In this document: positions 15,833 to 24,668 of the stretch, in pieces
How positions within the stretch are numbered: position 1 is the stretch's first letter
How the letters are laid out: every line of letters starts with the position of its first letter
IMG/VR virus record: IMGVR_UViG_3300010052_000204
Location: 1-24,668 of that record
Reading direction: 5' to 3' (one strand)
Origin: a virus
Lineage: Duplodnaviria > Caudoviricetes
DNA: 24,668 nt
The notes under the pieces: generated by a model
The model's database searches: none
The model's input: only the letters and a program-made list of their open reading frames with translations
What the model was told of the DNA's origin: nothing
Translations under genes and position numbers: made by a program

Positions 15833-16303
15833 ATGGGCGTGGATTTTGACCTGCTGGGTGATCCGATCCCTGAGGGGTTCGGGCGCCGCGGGCGGCCGGC
15901 GCATGTGCCGAGCGACGAAAAGCGTAGACTTGTCATACAGTTACTGGCGTTTGAGTGGTCGCCGGAGCGTATATCGGCGGCGCTGAGCATCACGCCGCCG
16001 ACTTTGCGGAAGCATTATTTTCGCGAGCTCCAGTTCAAGGCCGAGGCTCGCGCCCGCGTCGAGGCTCGGCTGCTGTCGTCGCTGATGAACGAGGCCGAGG
16101 CCGGCAACGTCTCGGCGGTCGACAAATACTTCAAGCGGCTCGACAAGCATGACCTGAAGCGCCTGGCTGCCGACGTGGCGAACCGCGGCGATGCGGACGG
16201 CGAGAAGGTAAAGCCGGGCAAGAAGCAGCTGCAGAAGGTGGCCGCGGCTGGCGTTGAAGGCATCTATGCGCCCCGCACCGGTCCGAAACGGCTCGATGGC
16301 TGA
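15833..16303 (+). CDS. terS: Terminase small subunit
   Basis: GRPAHVP...[23 protein letters not shown]; coupled to terL by TGATG. Confidence 0.8.
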   Translation: MGVDFDLLGDPIPEGFGRRGRPAHVPSDEKRRLVIQLLAFEWSPERISAALSITPPTLRKHYFRELQFKAEARARVEARLLSSLMNEAEAGNVSAVDKYFKRLDKHDLKRLAADVANRGDADGEKVKPGKKQLQKVAAAGVEGIYAPRTGPKRLDG

Positions 16304-18003
16304 TGTTCGCTGCGCCTGAGTGGTCGACCGCCTGCCCTGACTGGGCCGAGCGGATACTGCAGAAGCGGACGCTGATCCCGTGCGGTGCGCTGTTCCCTGC
16401 CCAAGCGGCCGACGCCCTGGCGGTATTCAAGTCGCTGCGCATCGTCGATGCTCCGGGCAAGCCGACGTTCGGCGAGGCCTGCGAACAGTGGGTGTTCGAC
16501 TTCGTCGAGGCCATCTTCGGTGCCTACGACGGCGACGGCCACCAGCTGATCCGGGAGTTCTTCTTGCTGATCAGCAAGAAGAACGCAAAATCGACGATCG
16601 CCGCCGGAATCATGATCACGGCGCTGATCGTCAACTGGCGCGACTACTCTGAACTGCTGATCCTGGCGCCGACCCTCGAGGTGGCAAACAACAGCTTCAA
16701 GCCGGCGGCGGCAATGGTCCGCGCCGACGCGCAGCTGGCCGAGCTGCTGCACATTCAGGATCACCTGAAACAGATCACCCACCGGGTGACCAACGCGACG
16801 CTGACGGTTGTGGCGGCGGAATCGGCCACGGTTGGCGGCAAGAAGGGTGCCTTCGTCCTGGTCGACGAGCTCTGGCTGTTCGGCGAGCGGCCGAATGCCG
16901 AGGCCATGCTGCAGGAAGCGACTGGCGGCCAGGCGTCACGCGACGAAGGGTTTGTCATCTATCTCTCGACCCAGAGCGACAAGGCGCCGGCGGGGATATT
17001 CAAGGCCAAACTCGAATACGCCCGTGCGGTTCGGGATGGCCGGATTCTCGACCGCGCGTTCCTCGCGGTGATCTTCGAGTTCCCGGCGCCGCTGGTGGCA
17101 AGCAAGTCGTACCTCAAGGCCGAATTCTTCTACGTCACGAACCCGAACCTCGGGCGCTCGGTGAATGCCGAGTGGCTTGAGCGCGAACTGCAAAAGGTGC
17201 GCGAGGCGGCGTCGGGGCTGCAGACATTTCTCGCCAAGCACCTCAACATCGAAATCACGCTCGGCCTGGCGGGTGACCGCTGGGCGGGGGCGGATTACTG
17301 GGAGATGGCGGCGCATCGCGAAGTGCGGACGCTGGCGGAGTTGCTGGCGGTTTGTGACGTGGCTGTCGTCGGTGGTGACGGCGGCGGCCTCGATGACTTG
17401 TTCGGGGCAGCGGTGATCGGGCGGCACAGGGTGACGCGCGAATGGATAGTTTGGGGGCACGCCTGGGCGCAGGACGATGTGTTCGAGCGCCGGAAGGATA
17501 TTGCACCGCGGCTTCTCGACTTCGAACGGGCCGGTGACCTGACGCGATGCAAATACACCACGCAGGATATCGAGGGCTTCGCCGACATTTGCGAGCAGGT
17601 GCGTGACGCGGGGCTGATGCCCGACGTCGGCGCGATCGGCCTCGACCCGGCAGGGGTGACGGCGCTCGTCGATGAGCTGGTCTCACGCGGGTTCACGATG
17701 GAGCAGATCGTGGCGGTGTCGCAGGGCTACCGGCTTGCGAGCGCGGTATGGGGTGCGGAGCGCAAGCTCAAAGACGGAACGCTGAAGCATTGCGGCCAAC
17801 CCATGATGGCGTGGTCTGTCGGTAACGCCAAAGTCGAGCAGAGGGGCAACGCCGTGCTGATCACGAAACAGGTGGCCGGCAAGGCCAAGATCGATCCGCT
17901 GATGGCAGCCCTAAACGGCGTGTCGCTGATGAGCCGGAATCCGGATGCTTCGAACGGTCGGGCCCTTAACCAGGCGATCCTTGAGCGCGGCGGGTTCGCC
18001 TGA
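16303..18003 (+). CDS. terL: Terminase large subunit
   Basis: Walker [10 protein letters not shown], Walker B VLVDE, YLST coupling motif, nuclease [10 protein letters not shown] and KIDPLMA. Confidence 0.96.
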   Translation: MFAAPEWSTACPDWAERILQKRTLIPCGALFPAQAADALAVFKSLRIVDAPGKPTFGEACEQWVFDFVEAIFGAYDGDGHQLIREFFLLISKKNAKSTIAAGIMITALIVNWRDYSELLILAPTLEVANNSFKPAAAMVRADAQLAELLHIQDHLKQITHRVTNATLTVVAAESATVGGKKGAFVLVDELWLFGERPNAEAMLQEATGGQASRDEGFVIYLSTQSDKAPAGIFKAKLEYARAVRDGRILDRAFLAVIFEFPAPLVASKSYLKAEFFYVTNPNLGRSVNAEWLERELQKVREAASGLQTFLAKHLNIEITLGLAGDRWAGADYWEMAAHREVRTLAELLAVCDVAVVGGDGGGLDDLFGAAVIGRHRVTREWIVWGHAWAQDDVFERRKDIAPRLLDFERAGDLTRCKYTTQDIEGFADICEQVRDAGLMPDVGAIGLDPAGVTALVDELVSRGFTMEQIVAVSQGYRLASAVWGAERKLKDGTLKHCGQPMMAWSVGNAKVEQRGNAVLITKQVAGKAKIDPLMAALNGVSLMSRNPDASNGRALNQAILERGGFA

Positions 18004-19280
18004 TGGGGATCTGGGATCGGCTGTTCGGCCGCAAGTCGGCGGCGAGCGGACAGAGCCGCTTTTGGCTCGACCTGCTTGATACCGTCAACACCGTCGCCGG
18101 CATTCGGGTTACGCCGGACTCGGCGCCGAAGCAGTCGGCGGTGTGGGCTGCGATCAACGTGCGCTCGGAGGATATCGGCAAGCTGCCGTGCATCCTTTAC
18201 CGCCGGTTGCCGGATGGCAGCCGGGAGCGGGCAACTACGCACCCGCTGTATCGACTGATCGGCTCGCGGCCAAACACGCGACACACAGCATTCGAGTTTC
18301 GCCAGATGCTGCAGCTGCAGCTCGACGTGTACGGCAACGCCCTGGCAGTAAAGGAACTGTCCGGCACCGGGGACGTCACTGCGCTGTGGCCGGTGCCCTG
18401 GCCGAAAGTCGCCGTGCTGCAGTCGGAAGACGGCTACGAGCTGTTCTACCGCATCACGATGAAGAGCGGGCAGACCATGACGCTGCCGGCCGAGATGGTG
18501 CTGCACCTGCGCGGCAAGAGCTTCGACGGCGTGGTCGGAGTGTCGCCGATCACCTATCACGCCGAGACCATTGGCCTGGCGCTTGCCCAGGACCGTTACA
18601 CCGCCGCGCTGTTCGGCAACTCGGCGCGCCCCAGCGGCGCGCTGAAGGTGAAGCAGGTGCTGAGCAAGGAAGCCAGCGCGGCGCTCAGGTCCGACTGGGA
18701 GAGCAAGCTCAAGGGGCCGGAAAAGACCGGCTCGATGGTCGTGCTCGACGGGGAGATGGACTGGACGCCGTTCTCGATGACGCAGGACGATGCGCAGTAT
18801 GTCGAAAGCAAGGGCATCTCGAACGCCGATATCTTTCGCATCTACCGCATCCCGCCGCACAAGGCCGGCGATCTGACCCGCTCGACCAACAACAACATCG
18901 AGCACCAGGGCCTCGAGTACGTCACCGACTGCCTGATGCCGATCTGTGTCAACTGGGAGCAGGCATTGGCCCGCGACCTGCTGACCGAGGACGAACAGGG
19001 CGACTATTTCTTCGAGTTCCTGGTCGATGCGCTGCTGCGCGGAGACATCAAGTCCCGCTACGAGGCTTTCGCCATCGCCCGTTCCTGGGGCGCCATGTCG
19101 GCAAACGACTGGCGCGACAAGGAAAACATGAACCGCATCGCGAACGGGGACATCTACCTGCAGCCCCTCAACTACATCGAGGCCGGAACCGCTCCGGCCC
19201 CATCGGCCAGTACAGCCAAGGCGCTGCTGGCCTATGCGCAGCAGCTCGTCGCCCGAGAGGATGGCACCAATGAACCATGA
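18003..19280 (+). CDS. Portal protein, HK97 family
   Basis: HPLYRL...PN, GNA, G.SPI, FGNSARPSG, NNIEHQ, LLRGDIKSRYE. Confidence 0.96.
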   Translation: MGIWDRLFGRKSAASGQSRFWLDLLDTVNTVAGIRVTPDSAPKQSAVWAAINVRSEDIGKLPCILYRRLPDGSRERATTHPLYRLIGSRPNTRHTAFEFRQMLQLQLDVYGNALAVKELSGTGDVTALWPVPWPKVAVLQSEDGYELFYRITMKSGQTMTLPAEMVLHLRGKSFDGVVGVSPITYHAETIGLALAQDRYTAALFGNSARPSGALKVKQVLSKEASAALRSDWESKLKGPEKTGSMVVLDGEMDWTPFSMTQDDAQYVESKGISNADIFRIYRIPPHKAGDLTRSTNNNIEHQGLEYVTDCLMPICVNWEQALARDLLTEDEQGDYFFEFLVDALLRGDIKSRYEAFAIARSWGAMSANDWRDKENMNRIANGDIYLQPLNYIEAGTAPAPSASTAKALLAYAQQLVAREDGTNEP

Positions 19281-19965
19281 GGCTTTCTATGCCCCGCTCG
19301 AGGTGAAGTTTGCCGACGGCGGCACGCCTGGCGCGTTCGAGGGCTACGGCGCGGTGTTCGGCAATGTCGACGCCTATGGCGACGTGATCCAGAAGGGGGC
19401 GTTCAAGGAAACGCTGCGCGACTGGAACAAGTCGAAGAAGCTGCCGCCGATGCTGTCGCAGCATGGCGGCTGGATGATGAGCGACATGGACGCCATCCCC
19501 ATCGGGGTGTGGGAGGCCATGTCGGAGGACGACACCGGCCTCTATGTCAAGGGGCGGCTGATCAACCTCGACACCGAGGACGGCAAGAAGCTCTACGGCG
19601 CCATGAAGGAAGGGGCGCTCGACGGCATGTCGATCGGGTACCGCGCAAAGGAATTTGCGCTCGGCACCAAGCCCGACGAGCCCCGGCGCACACTGAAGAA
19701 GATCGACCTGTTCGAGGTCAGCGTGGTGACCTTCCCCGCAAACGGCAAGGCGCGTGTTGCGTCGGTAAAGACTGCCATCGGGCTTGCCGATCGCATGTCC
19801 GATGAAGACGGCCTCGAGCTGGCGCGGCATATCGCGGCCAAGCACGGCCTGGGGCTGTTCGCCCAGCATCGCATTGACGCCGTAGAACGTGCTGCCAAGG
19901 CGCAACGCCTCGCCGAACGCAAGCGGCTGACGGCATCCATTCTTAGCGTTGGCGCCCCGCGCTGA
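19270..19965 (+). CDS. Prohead protease, HK97 family
   Basis: FEGYGAVFGNVD, MLSQH, PIGVW, GMSIGY, EVSVVTFPAN. Confidence 0.95.
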   Translation: MNHEAFYAPLEVKFADGGTPGAFEGYGAVFGNVDAYGDVIQKGAFKETLRDWNKSKKLPPMLSQHGGWMMSDMDAIPIGVWEAMSEDDTGLYVKGRLINLDTEDGKKLYGAMKEGALDGMSIGYRAKEFALGTKPDEPRRTLKKIDLFEVSVVTFPANGKARVASVKTAIGLADRMSDEDGLELARHIAAKHGLGLFAQHRIDAVERAAKAQRLAERKRLTASILSVGAPR

Positions 19966-20032
19966 CGATCCCAGGGGAAGCCTGGCGACCGGGGCGCGCA
20001 TAGTGCGGCCCTCTCTCTTGAAAGAACCCAAG

Positions 20033-21412
20033 ATGAAGACTCTCGCCGAAATGCTGAAGGCGCGATCGCTCAAGGTCGACGCTTACACCGCCCATGCCGA
20101 GGCGATGATCAAGTCGCTCGACACCGACGCTGACATCGAGACCGGCACCGACGAGGCCAAGAAGGCCGAAGTCAAGACTCGCCAGGATGCCGACAGGAAG
20201 AAGTCGGCCGACCTGCTGAAGGAAATCGCCGACCTCGATGCCGTGATCGAGGCCAAGAAGAAGTCAGACGAGCTGAAGGCTTCGCAGGCCACGCCGGTCA
20301 GCGAGTCCGGCAAGTCGCTGGTGTCGGCGACGGCATATCGCACCGGCGCCCTGAAGGTGTTCAAGGGTGAAGGGGCGCAGAAGCGCGCGCTCGGCTTTGG
20401 GCATTTCGTGCTGGCATCGATGTTCGGCTCCGCCAAGTCGCAGCGCTGGTGCGACGAGAACGGCATCAGCGTCAAAGCGCATGCCGAGGGCGTCAACGTC
20501 ACCGGCGGCGTGTTCGTGCCGGAAGAGTTCAGCCAGGACATCATCGACCTGCGCGACACGTACGGCTACTTCCGCCGCATGTGCCAGGTGGTGCCGATGG
20601 GGCGCGACACGATCTCGATCCCGCGGCGCGTCGGTGGCCTGACCGCTTACGCCGTCGGCGAGGCGACTGCCATCACCGCTTCGGATACCAGCTGGGACAA
20701 CATCAAGCTGGTCGCCAACAAGTGGGGCGTGCTCACGCTGATGTCGTCCGAGCTGGATGAGGATGCGGTGATCAACTTCGGCGACATGCTGGCCGGCGAA
20801 ATCGCCTACGCCTTCGCGGTGGCGGAAGACACCGCCGGCTTCTCCGGCGACGGCTCGGCCACCTATCACGGCATCCGGGGCATCCTGCAGAAGTTCACCG
20901 ACGGCCTCGGTTCGGGCTCGACGCCTCTGGCTGGCGCCGTGGACGCGGCTTCCGGGCACGACACCTTCGCCGAGATCGACAGCGCCGACATCAACACCCT
21001 GATGGCGAAGCTGCCGCAGTATGTGTATCTGCGTGGCCAGCCCCGCTTCATGACCTCGCAAGTGGGCTGGGCAACGGTGTTCCAGCGCCTGACCCTCGGC
21101 GCGGGTGGCCTGACCAAGAGCGATATCACCGGCGCGATCCAATACTCCTACCTGGGTTTCCCGGTAGATATCCTGCCCTCGATGCCGACCTCGACCGGCG
21201 ACCTCTCCGACCTTCCGATGATCCTCTTCGGCGATGTAGGCATGGCGGTGGCCTTCGGCGATCGTCGCGGCATGACGCTCGCCCGATCGACGGAATACAA
21301 GTTTGCCGAGGACCAGATCGCCATCAAGGCGACCGAGCGCTTCGACATCAACGTGCACAGCCTGGGCAGCTCGACCGTGCCCGGCCCCCTCGTCGCGCTG
21401 ATGGGCGAGTAA
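20033..21412 (+). CDS. Major capsid protein, HK97 fold, with N-terminal delta (scaffold) domain
   Basis: Charged coiled-coil N-terminus, GGVFVPEE, SSELDED, ILFGD, ERFD. Confidence 0.95.
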   Translation: MKTLAEMLKARSLKVDAYTAHAEAMIKSLDTDADIETGTDEAKKAEVKTRQDADRKKSADLLKEIADLDAVIEAKKKSDELKASQATPVSESGKSLVSATAYRTGALKVFKGEGAQKRALGFGHFVLASMFGSAKSQRWCDENGISVKAHAEGVNVTGGVFVPEEFSQDIIDLRDTYGYFRRMCQVVPMGRDTISIPRRVGGLTAYAVGEATAITASDTSWDNIKLVANKWGVLTLMSSELDEDAVINFGDMLAGEIAYAFAVAEDTAGFSGDGSATYHGIRGILQKFTDGLGSGSTPLAGAVDAASGHDTFAEIDSADINTLMAKLPQYVYLRGQPRFMTSQVGWATVFQRLTLGAGGLTKSDITGAIQYSYLGFPVDILPSMPTSTGDLSDLPMILFGDVGMAVAFGDRRGMTLARSTEYKFAEDQIAIKATERFDINVHSLGSSTVPGPLVALMGE

Positions 21413-21421
21413 GCCTCCCCC

Positions 21422-21444
21422 GCTGCGCAGCCAAGCTGCGCAGC
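21422..21444 (+). repeat. Tandem palindrome GCTGCGCAGC-caa-GCTGCGCAGC (hairpin; possible weak terminator or mRNA stabiliser)
   Basis: Directly visible 9 nt after the capsid stop. No clean U-tract follows. Confidence 0.6.
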
Positions 21445-21480
21445 AAATCTTTCCCTCAACCCAGATCCCAGGAGGCTTTC

Positions 21481-21924
21481 ATGAAGCCCGCATCCCGCCT
21501 TGGCGTTGCAATCGCCTCGGCCTCCGTGACCAATGGCGCCACCGCGACCGCCACCGTTTTCGACACTTCGCCTCCCGGGCTCGCCCGGGCGAAGTTCGTA
21601 TCGATCGACCTGGTGACCACCACGGCCGACGTCGTCTCGAACAAGCCGCAGACGTTGAAGGTGCAGCACTCGAACACCACCGACGCGACCAACTTCGCCG
21701 ACATCACCGGCGCCGATATCGCGTCGTCGGCGCCGAATGCGTCGACCTCGGCGGCCAATCTCTACAAGTGGAACATCGACTGGATCGGCAAGCGCCGGTA
21801 CGGGCGCGTGCTGTTCAGCCCGCGCACCACGATGACGGTGTTTGCGACGGTGAACCACCACCTGCTCGACCAGTTGCCCAACTCGGCGACCGAGGCCGGC
21901 GTGCTGGCGCTCACCGAGATCTAA
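21481..21924 (+). CDS. Ser/Thr-rich putative capsid decoration/accessory protein
   Basis: Strong AGGAGG RBS directly after the capsid gene. Beta-rich pattern (LKVQHS...F.DI.GA...KRRY.R). 33 of 147 residues are S/T by hand count. Confidence 0.6.
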   Translation: MKPASRLGVAIASASVTNGATATATVFDTSPPGLARAKFVSIDLVTTTADVVSNKPQTLKVQHSNTTDATNFADITGADIASSAPNASTSAANLYKWNIDWIGKRRYGRVLFSPRTTMTVFATVNHHLLDQLPNSATEAGVLALTEI

Positions 21925-21929
21925 CCCCG

Positions 21930-22015
21930 TTCCCCGCCCGACAGCGGGGGGGCAAGTTCAGCGCTGAAGACGAGGGGGTGTCGGCCCCCTCGTCACCCCT
22001 CCCTCCCGACAGAGG
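21930..22015 (+). promoter_or_regulatory. Structured cis-regulatory RNA candidate: three hairpins with complementary loops, the last enclosing the RBS
   Basis: CCCCGC-ccgaca-GCGGGG; GACGAGGGGG-tgtcgg-CCCCCTCGTC; CCTC-ccgaca-GAGG, followed by 7 nt to the ATG. Confidence 0.65.
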
Positions 22016-22022
22016 CAAACGA

Positions 22023-23198
22023 ATGAAACTCGATCTTGGGGCCGGGCCCGTATCCCCGGAAGGCTTCATGCCGCGCGGCAACGTCAACGGCACGAGCATC
22101 TACCCGCTGCCCTTCGATGATGGCAGCGTGGAGGAAATCCGCGCGAGCCACGTGCTTGAGCATTTTTCGCATGCCGAAGTGCCGCAGGTGCTCGCCGACT
22201 GGTTTCGCGTGCTGACACCCGGTGGACGGATGCGCGTCGCGGTTCCCGATTTCGGGAAGATCGCAACCAACTATGTGATGGGCGTGCCGGAGAATACTGC
22301 CGGCTATGTCATGGGCGGGCAGATCGACGCCGCCGACTTCCACAAGACGATCTTCGACCGGGAGACGTTGCGCCAGGCGCTTGCCACAGCCGGCCTGATC
22401 GCGCTCGAGCAGTGGACCTCGGAACTGCCGAACGACTGCGCGGCGTTGCCGGTGTCGCTCAACTGGGGTGGGCGCAAGCCGGTGCGTGACCGGCCGTCGA
22501 TCAAGGCGGTGATGACAACGCCGCGGCTTGGCTTCAACGACATGTGGAATGCCACTGTCGCCGCGTTGCCTCGCTTCGGCATCGAGCTGACCAATGTCGG
22601 CGGGGCGTTCTGGGATCAGTCGCTGACGCTGGTGCTCGAACGAGCACTGGACGAGGGCGCGGAGTACATCCTGACGCTGGACTATGACAGCGTGTTCTCG
22701 CCGGGGCATTTGGCGAGGCTCATCGAGTTGGTGATGCTTCATCCAGAGGCCGACGCCATTGCGCCACTGCAGGCAAGCCGACACGGCGGAAACCCGCTGT
22801 TCGGTTTGACTTCGGCGACCGACACTGTGTCCGACGACGGCGCGATCGCCGTTGTCGATCGCGAGCAGTTCGCCGCCGACCTGTTGCCGGTACGGCATGC
22901 GCATTTCGGCCTGACCCTGATCAAGGCCGAAGCGCTCAGGGCCATGCCGCGCCCATGGTTCCTCGGCGTGCCCAATGCCGAGGGGCGCTGGGACGAAGGC
23001 AAGACGGACCCCGACATCTACTTCTGGCGCCAGTGGGAGCGCGAAGGCCGCACGGCGTTCGTGGCGCCGAAGGTATCGATCGGTCACCTCGAGCTGATGG
23101 TTCGCTGGATGGACGACGGCATGCAGCCCATGTGGCAGGCCGCGCGCGACTGGGAAACAACCAAGAAAGCGCCAGCCGGCGCGTGGAACGGAGCGTGA
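22023..23198 (+). CDS. Class I SAM-dependent methyltransferase fused to a GT-A fold glycosyltransferase
   Basis: MKLDLGAG, LPFDDGSVEEIRASHVLEH and RVLTPGG..RVAVPD (Methyltransf_11-like). EYILTLDYD (DxD), HFGLTLIK, PRPWF, DPDIYF and SIGH (GT2-like). Confidence 0.87.
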   Translation: MKLDLGAGPVSPEGFMPRGNVNGTSIYPLPFDDGSVEEIRASHVLEHFSHAEVPQVLADWFRVLTPGGRMRVAVPDFGKIATNYVMGVPENTAGYVMGGQIDAADFHKTIFDRETLRQALATAGLIALEQWTSELPNDCAALPVSLNWGGRKPVRDRPSIKAVMTTPRLGFNDMWNATVAALPRFGIELTNVGGAFWDQSLTLVLERALDEGAEYILTLDYDSVFSPGHLARLIELVMLHPEADAIAPLQASRHGGNPLFGLTSATDTVSDDGAIAVVDREQFAADLLPVRHAHFGLTLIKAEALRAMPRPWFLGVPNAEGRWDEGKTDPDIYFWRQWEREGRTAFVAPKVSIGHLELMVRWMDDGMQPMWQAARDWETTKKAPAGAWNGA

Positions 23199-23199
23199 G

Positions 23200-23409
23200 A
23201 TGACAGGCCTTGTGAAGGTCGAAGTGATCCGGGCCTTTCAGGATCATCGCGTCGGTGACGTGATCACGGTGCAGCCGAACCAGGTGCAGGCCCTGACGGC
23301 GATGAACCTGATCAAGGCAGCGCCCGGCGACGATTTGGTGACCGAAACGCAGCCCGCCGCTGGCGCGGCCGAGCCTGTGGCACAAAAGAAGCCGAAGGCA
23401 TCGCGATGA
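23200..23409 (+). CDS. Small head-region protein (69 aa)
   Basis: GGAG RBS; short domain with a basic tail, typical before the connector gene. Confidence 0.7.
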   Translation: MTGLVKVEVIRAFQDHRVGDVITVQPNQVQALTAMNLIKAAPGDDLVTETQPAAGAAEPVAQKKPKASR

Positions 23410-23993
23410 GCTTTCGTCCGACGCGCACCGTCGCCCCGGCCGCTGATCTGCTCGATCTGGCGACGGTAAAGACGCATCTGCGTGTGGACGGCACAGACGA
23501 AGATGCGCTGATCAGTGCGCTGATCGGCGCCGTCACCGCGCACCTCGACGGCTATGCTGGCATTCTTGGTCGCTGCCTGATCAACCAGACCTGGGTGATG
23601 CTGGAAGATGAGTTCGAGGCCAGCATCGACCTGCCCTTCCCCGATGTGTCGTCGGTTACGCTGCAGTACTACGATGCCGCCAACACGCTGCAGACCGTTG
23701 CGTCAGGCAACTACCAGGTGCTCGAGCGCGATACCGGCAGCGTGATCGAACTCTACTCCAACTACACGACGCCAGCTGTCTATGCCTACCGCGAGGACGT
23801 GGTGAAGGTGACGCTGATCGCCGGATACGGCACGGCGGCCTCGGACGTGCCGGCGAGCATCCTCGCCGCGGCGCTGCTGCTGGTCGGCCATTGGTTCGAA
23901 AACCGCGAGGCCGTGAACATCGGCAACATCACGAGCGAGCTGCCGCTGGCGGTGCGTGCGCTGCTTGCCCCGTACTCCCTCAAAACCGTCTGA
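23406..23993 (+). CDS. Head-tail connector (HK97 gp6-like / phiE125 gp8 type)
   Basis: LATVKTHLRVD...EDALI, LINQTW, AGYG, LLLVGHWFENREAV. Confidence 0.92.
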   Translation: MSFRPTRTVAPAADLLDLATVKTHLRVDGTDEDALISALIGAVTAHLDGYAGILGRCLINQTWVMLEDEFEASIDLPFPDVSSVTLQYYDAANTLQTVASGNYQVLERDTGSVIELYSNYTTPAVYAYREDVVKVTLIAGYGTAASDVPASILAAALLLVGHWFENREAVNIGNITSELPLAVRALLAPYSLKTV

Positions 23994-24004
23994 GGTAACT
24001 GATC

Positions 24005-24307
24005 ATGGCGACACTCTACATTGCCGAGTTTGCCGGCCTGGCCGCTTCGCAGGGACCGCTGCCGGCGCCGCTGGTTCAGTTGCCGCCCGTGGCAGAGCAG
24101 ACGGTGACGATCGGCACCGAACAGGACTCGGCGGCGTTCAGTGCGAACACCCGCATCATCCGGGTGCACGCCGACGCGGTCTGCTCGATCAAGGCTGGTT
24201 CGGGTAACCCGGCCGCCGCGACAACGAATATGCGGCTCAACGCCGGGCAGACGGAGTATTTCGCCGTCAATCCCGGCGACAAGCTGTCTGTGATCTCGAA
24301 CACGTAA
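24005..24307 (+). CDS. Small beta-rich virion protein (possible head-spike base)
   Basis: GAGG RBS; 100-aa beta-strand pattern; sits between the connector and a fibre-like gene. Confidence 0.55.
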   Translation: MATLYIAEFAGLAASQGPLPAPLVQLPPVAEQTVTIGTEQDSAAFSANTRIIRVHADAVCSIKAGSGNPAAATTNMRLNAGQTEYFAVNPGDKLSVISNT

Positions 24308-24317
24308 GGCGGCTGGC

Positions 24318-24668
24318 GTGGGTATCGGTCTGGGGCAGCTCGGCGGGCTTGGGCGACTGGGCCTCCCCACACTTGAGGGCGTGGGGGCCTGGGGTGAGGC
24401 GCAACTCACCTCCTATCTCGCTTCGCTGTCCGACGGGTTCTACTACGACACCACCAAGCTCGACCGTTTCTTCCAGGAGAGCGTCGGACCCACACTGGCA
24501 GATGATGTAGGTGAGCTAGTCGGCCTTGCTTTGGATCAAGCTACGTGGGGCGGTAAGACGCTGGGGCAAATCGTTGCCGAAGCAACTGAGCTTGTTCTCA
24601 ACGGAACGTTCGACACCGATCTTGCAAATTGGACCGATGCAAACACGGGTACCGGCACGAGCGTCTTC
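24318..24668 (+). CDS. Partial putative head fibre/carbohydrate-binding virion protein (runs off the window; not in the ORF track)
   Basis: Open frame MGIGLGQLGGLGRLGL...DGFYYD...FFQES...VGELVGLALD...ELVLNGTFDTDLANW. Confidence 0.65.
   Translation, partial: MGIGLGQLGGLGRLGLPTLEGVGAWGEAQLTSYLASLSDGFYYDTTKLDRFFQESVGPTLADDVGELVGLALDQATWGGKTLGQIVAEATELVLNGTFDTDLANWTDANTGTGTSVF

Larger units (their letters stand above)
1..24668. mobile_element. Temperate phage/prophage segment (lambdoid organisation, HK97-type head); extends beyond both window ends
   Basis: Divergent CI/Cro switch, early operons, and HNH-terS-terL-portal-protease-capsid-connector order. No integrase or att site in the window. 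Confidence 0.96.

Noticed and set aside
19951-20032. Stems around the protease stop and capsid leader (GCGCCCCG/CGGGGCGC, CCAGG/CCTGG)
   Set aside because: Short GC-rich stems are expected by chance here. They are possibly regulatory but unsupported without covariation.
1-24668. CRISPR array, rRNA/tRNA, IS element, integrase/att site, reverse transcriptase/DGR
   Set aside because: I saw no spaced repeats, RNA gene structures, or transposase, recombinase or RT motifs in the window.

Overview
This window is the central part of a GC-rich, lambdoid/HK97-type temperate phage or prophage. The host is most likely an alphaproteobacterium (Hyphomicrobiales-like gene families); this is an inference. 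No integrase or att site is visible. From left to right it contains: (1) an XRE-HTH plus DUF6941-like accessory pair; (2) a leftward early operon with PrtN-like, DUF5131/Gp37-Gp68 and small ORFs, including an untracked 40-aa C2H2 zinc finger; (3) an immunity region with a DEDDh exonuclease-TerB fusion, an S24 CI-like repressor, a Cro-like gene, five CGGG-N6-CCCG-type operators and matching PL/PR promoters; (4) a rightward early operon with CCUCC-loop hairpins, a CII-like gene, a ParB-methyltransferase fusion, an antisense RxxxxH (HEPN-like) gene, a C5-MTase-like gene, an HTH replication protein and a late regulator; (5) HNH, probable cos, terminase, portal, protease and major capsid genes. The most unusual part is the head module. 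The capsid gene is followed by a Ser/Thr-rich small protein, a three-hairpin leader with complementary loops (CCGACA/TGTCGG/CCGACA) covering the ribosome-binding site, and a SAM-methyltransferase/GT-A glycosyltransferase fusion. Together these are a candidate RNA-regulated virion glycosylation system. Head-tail connector and probable head-spike genes follow. All family calls come from motif recognition by eye; no searches were run.
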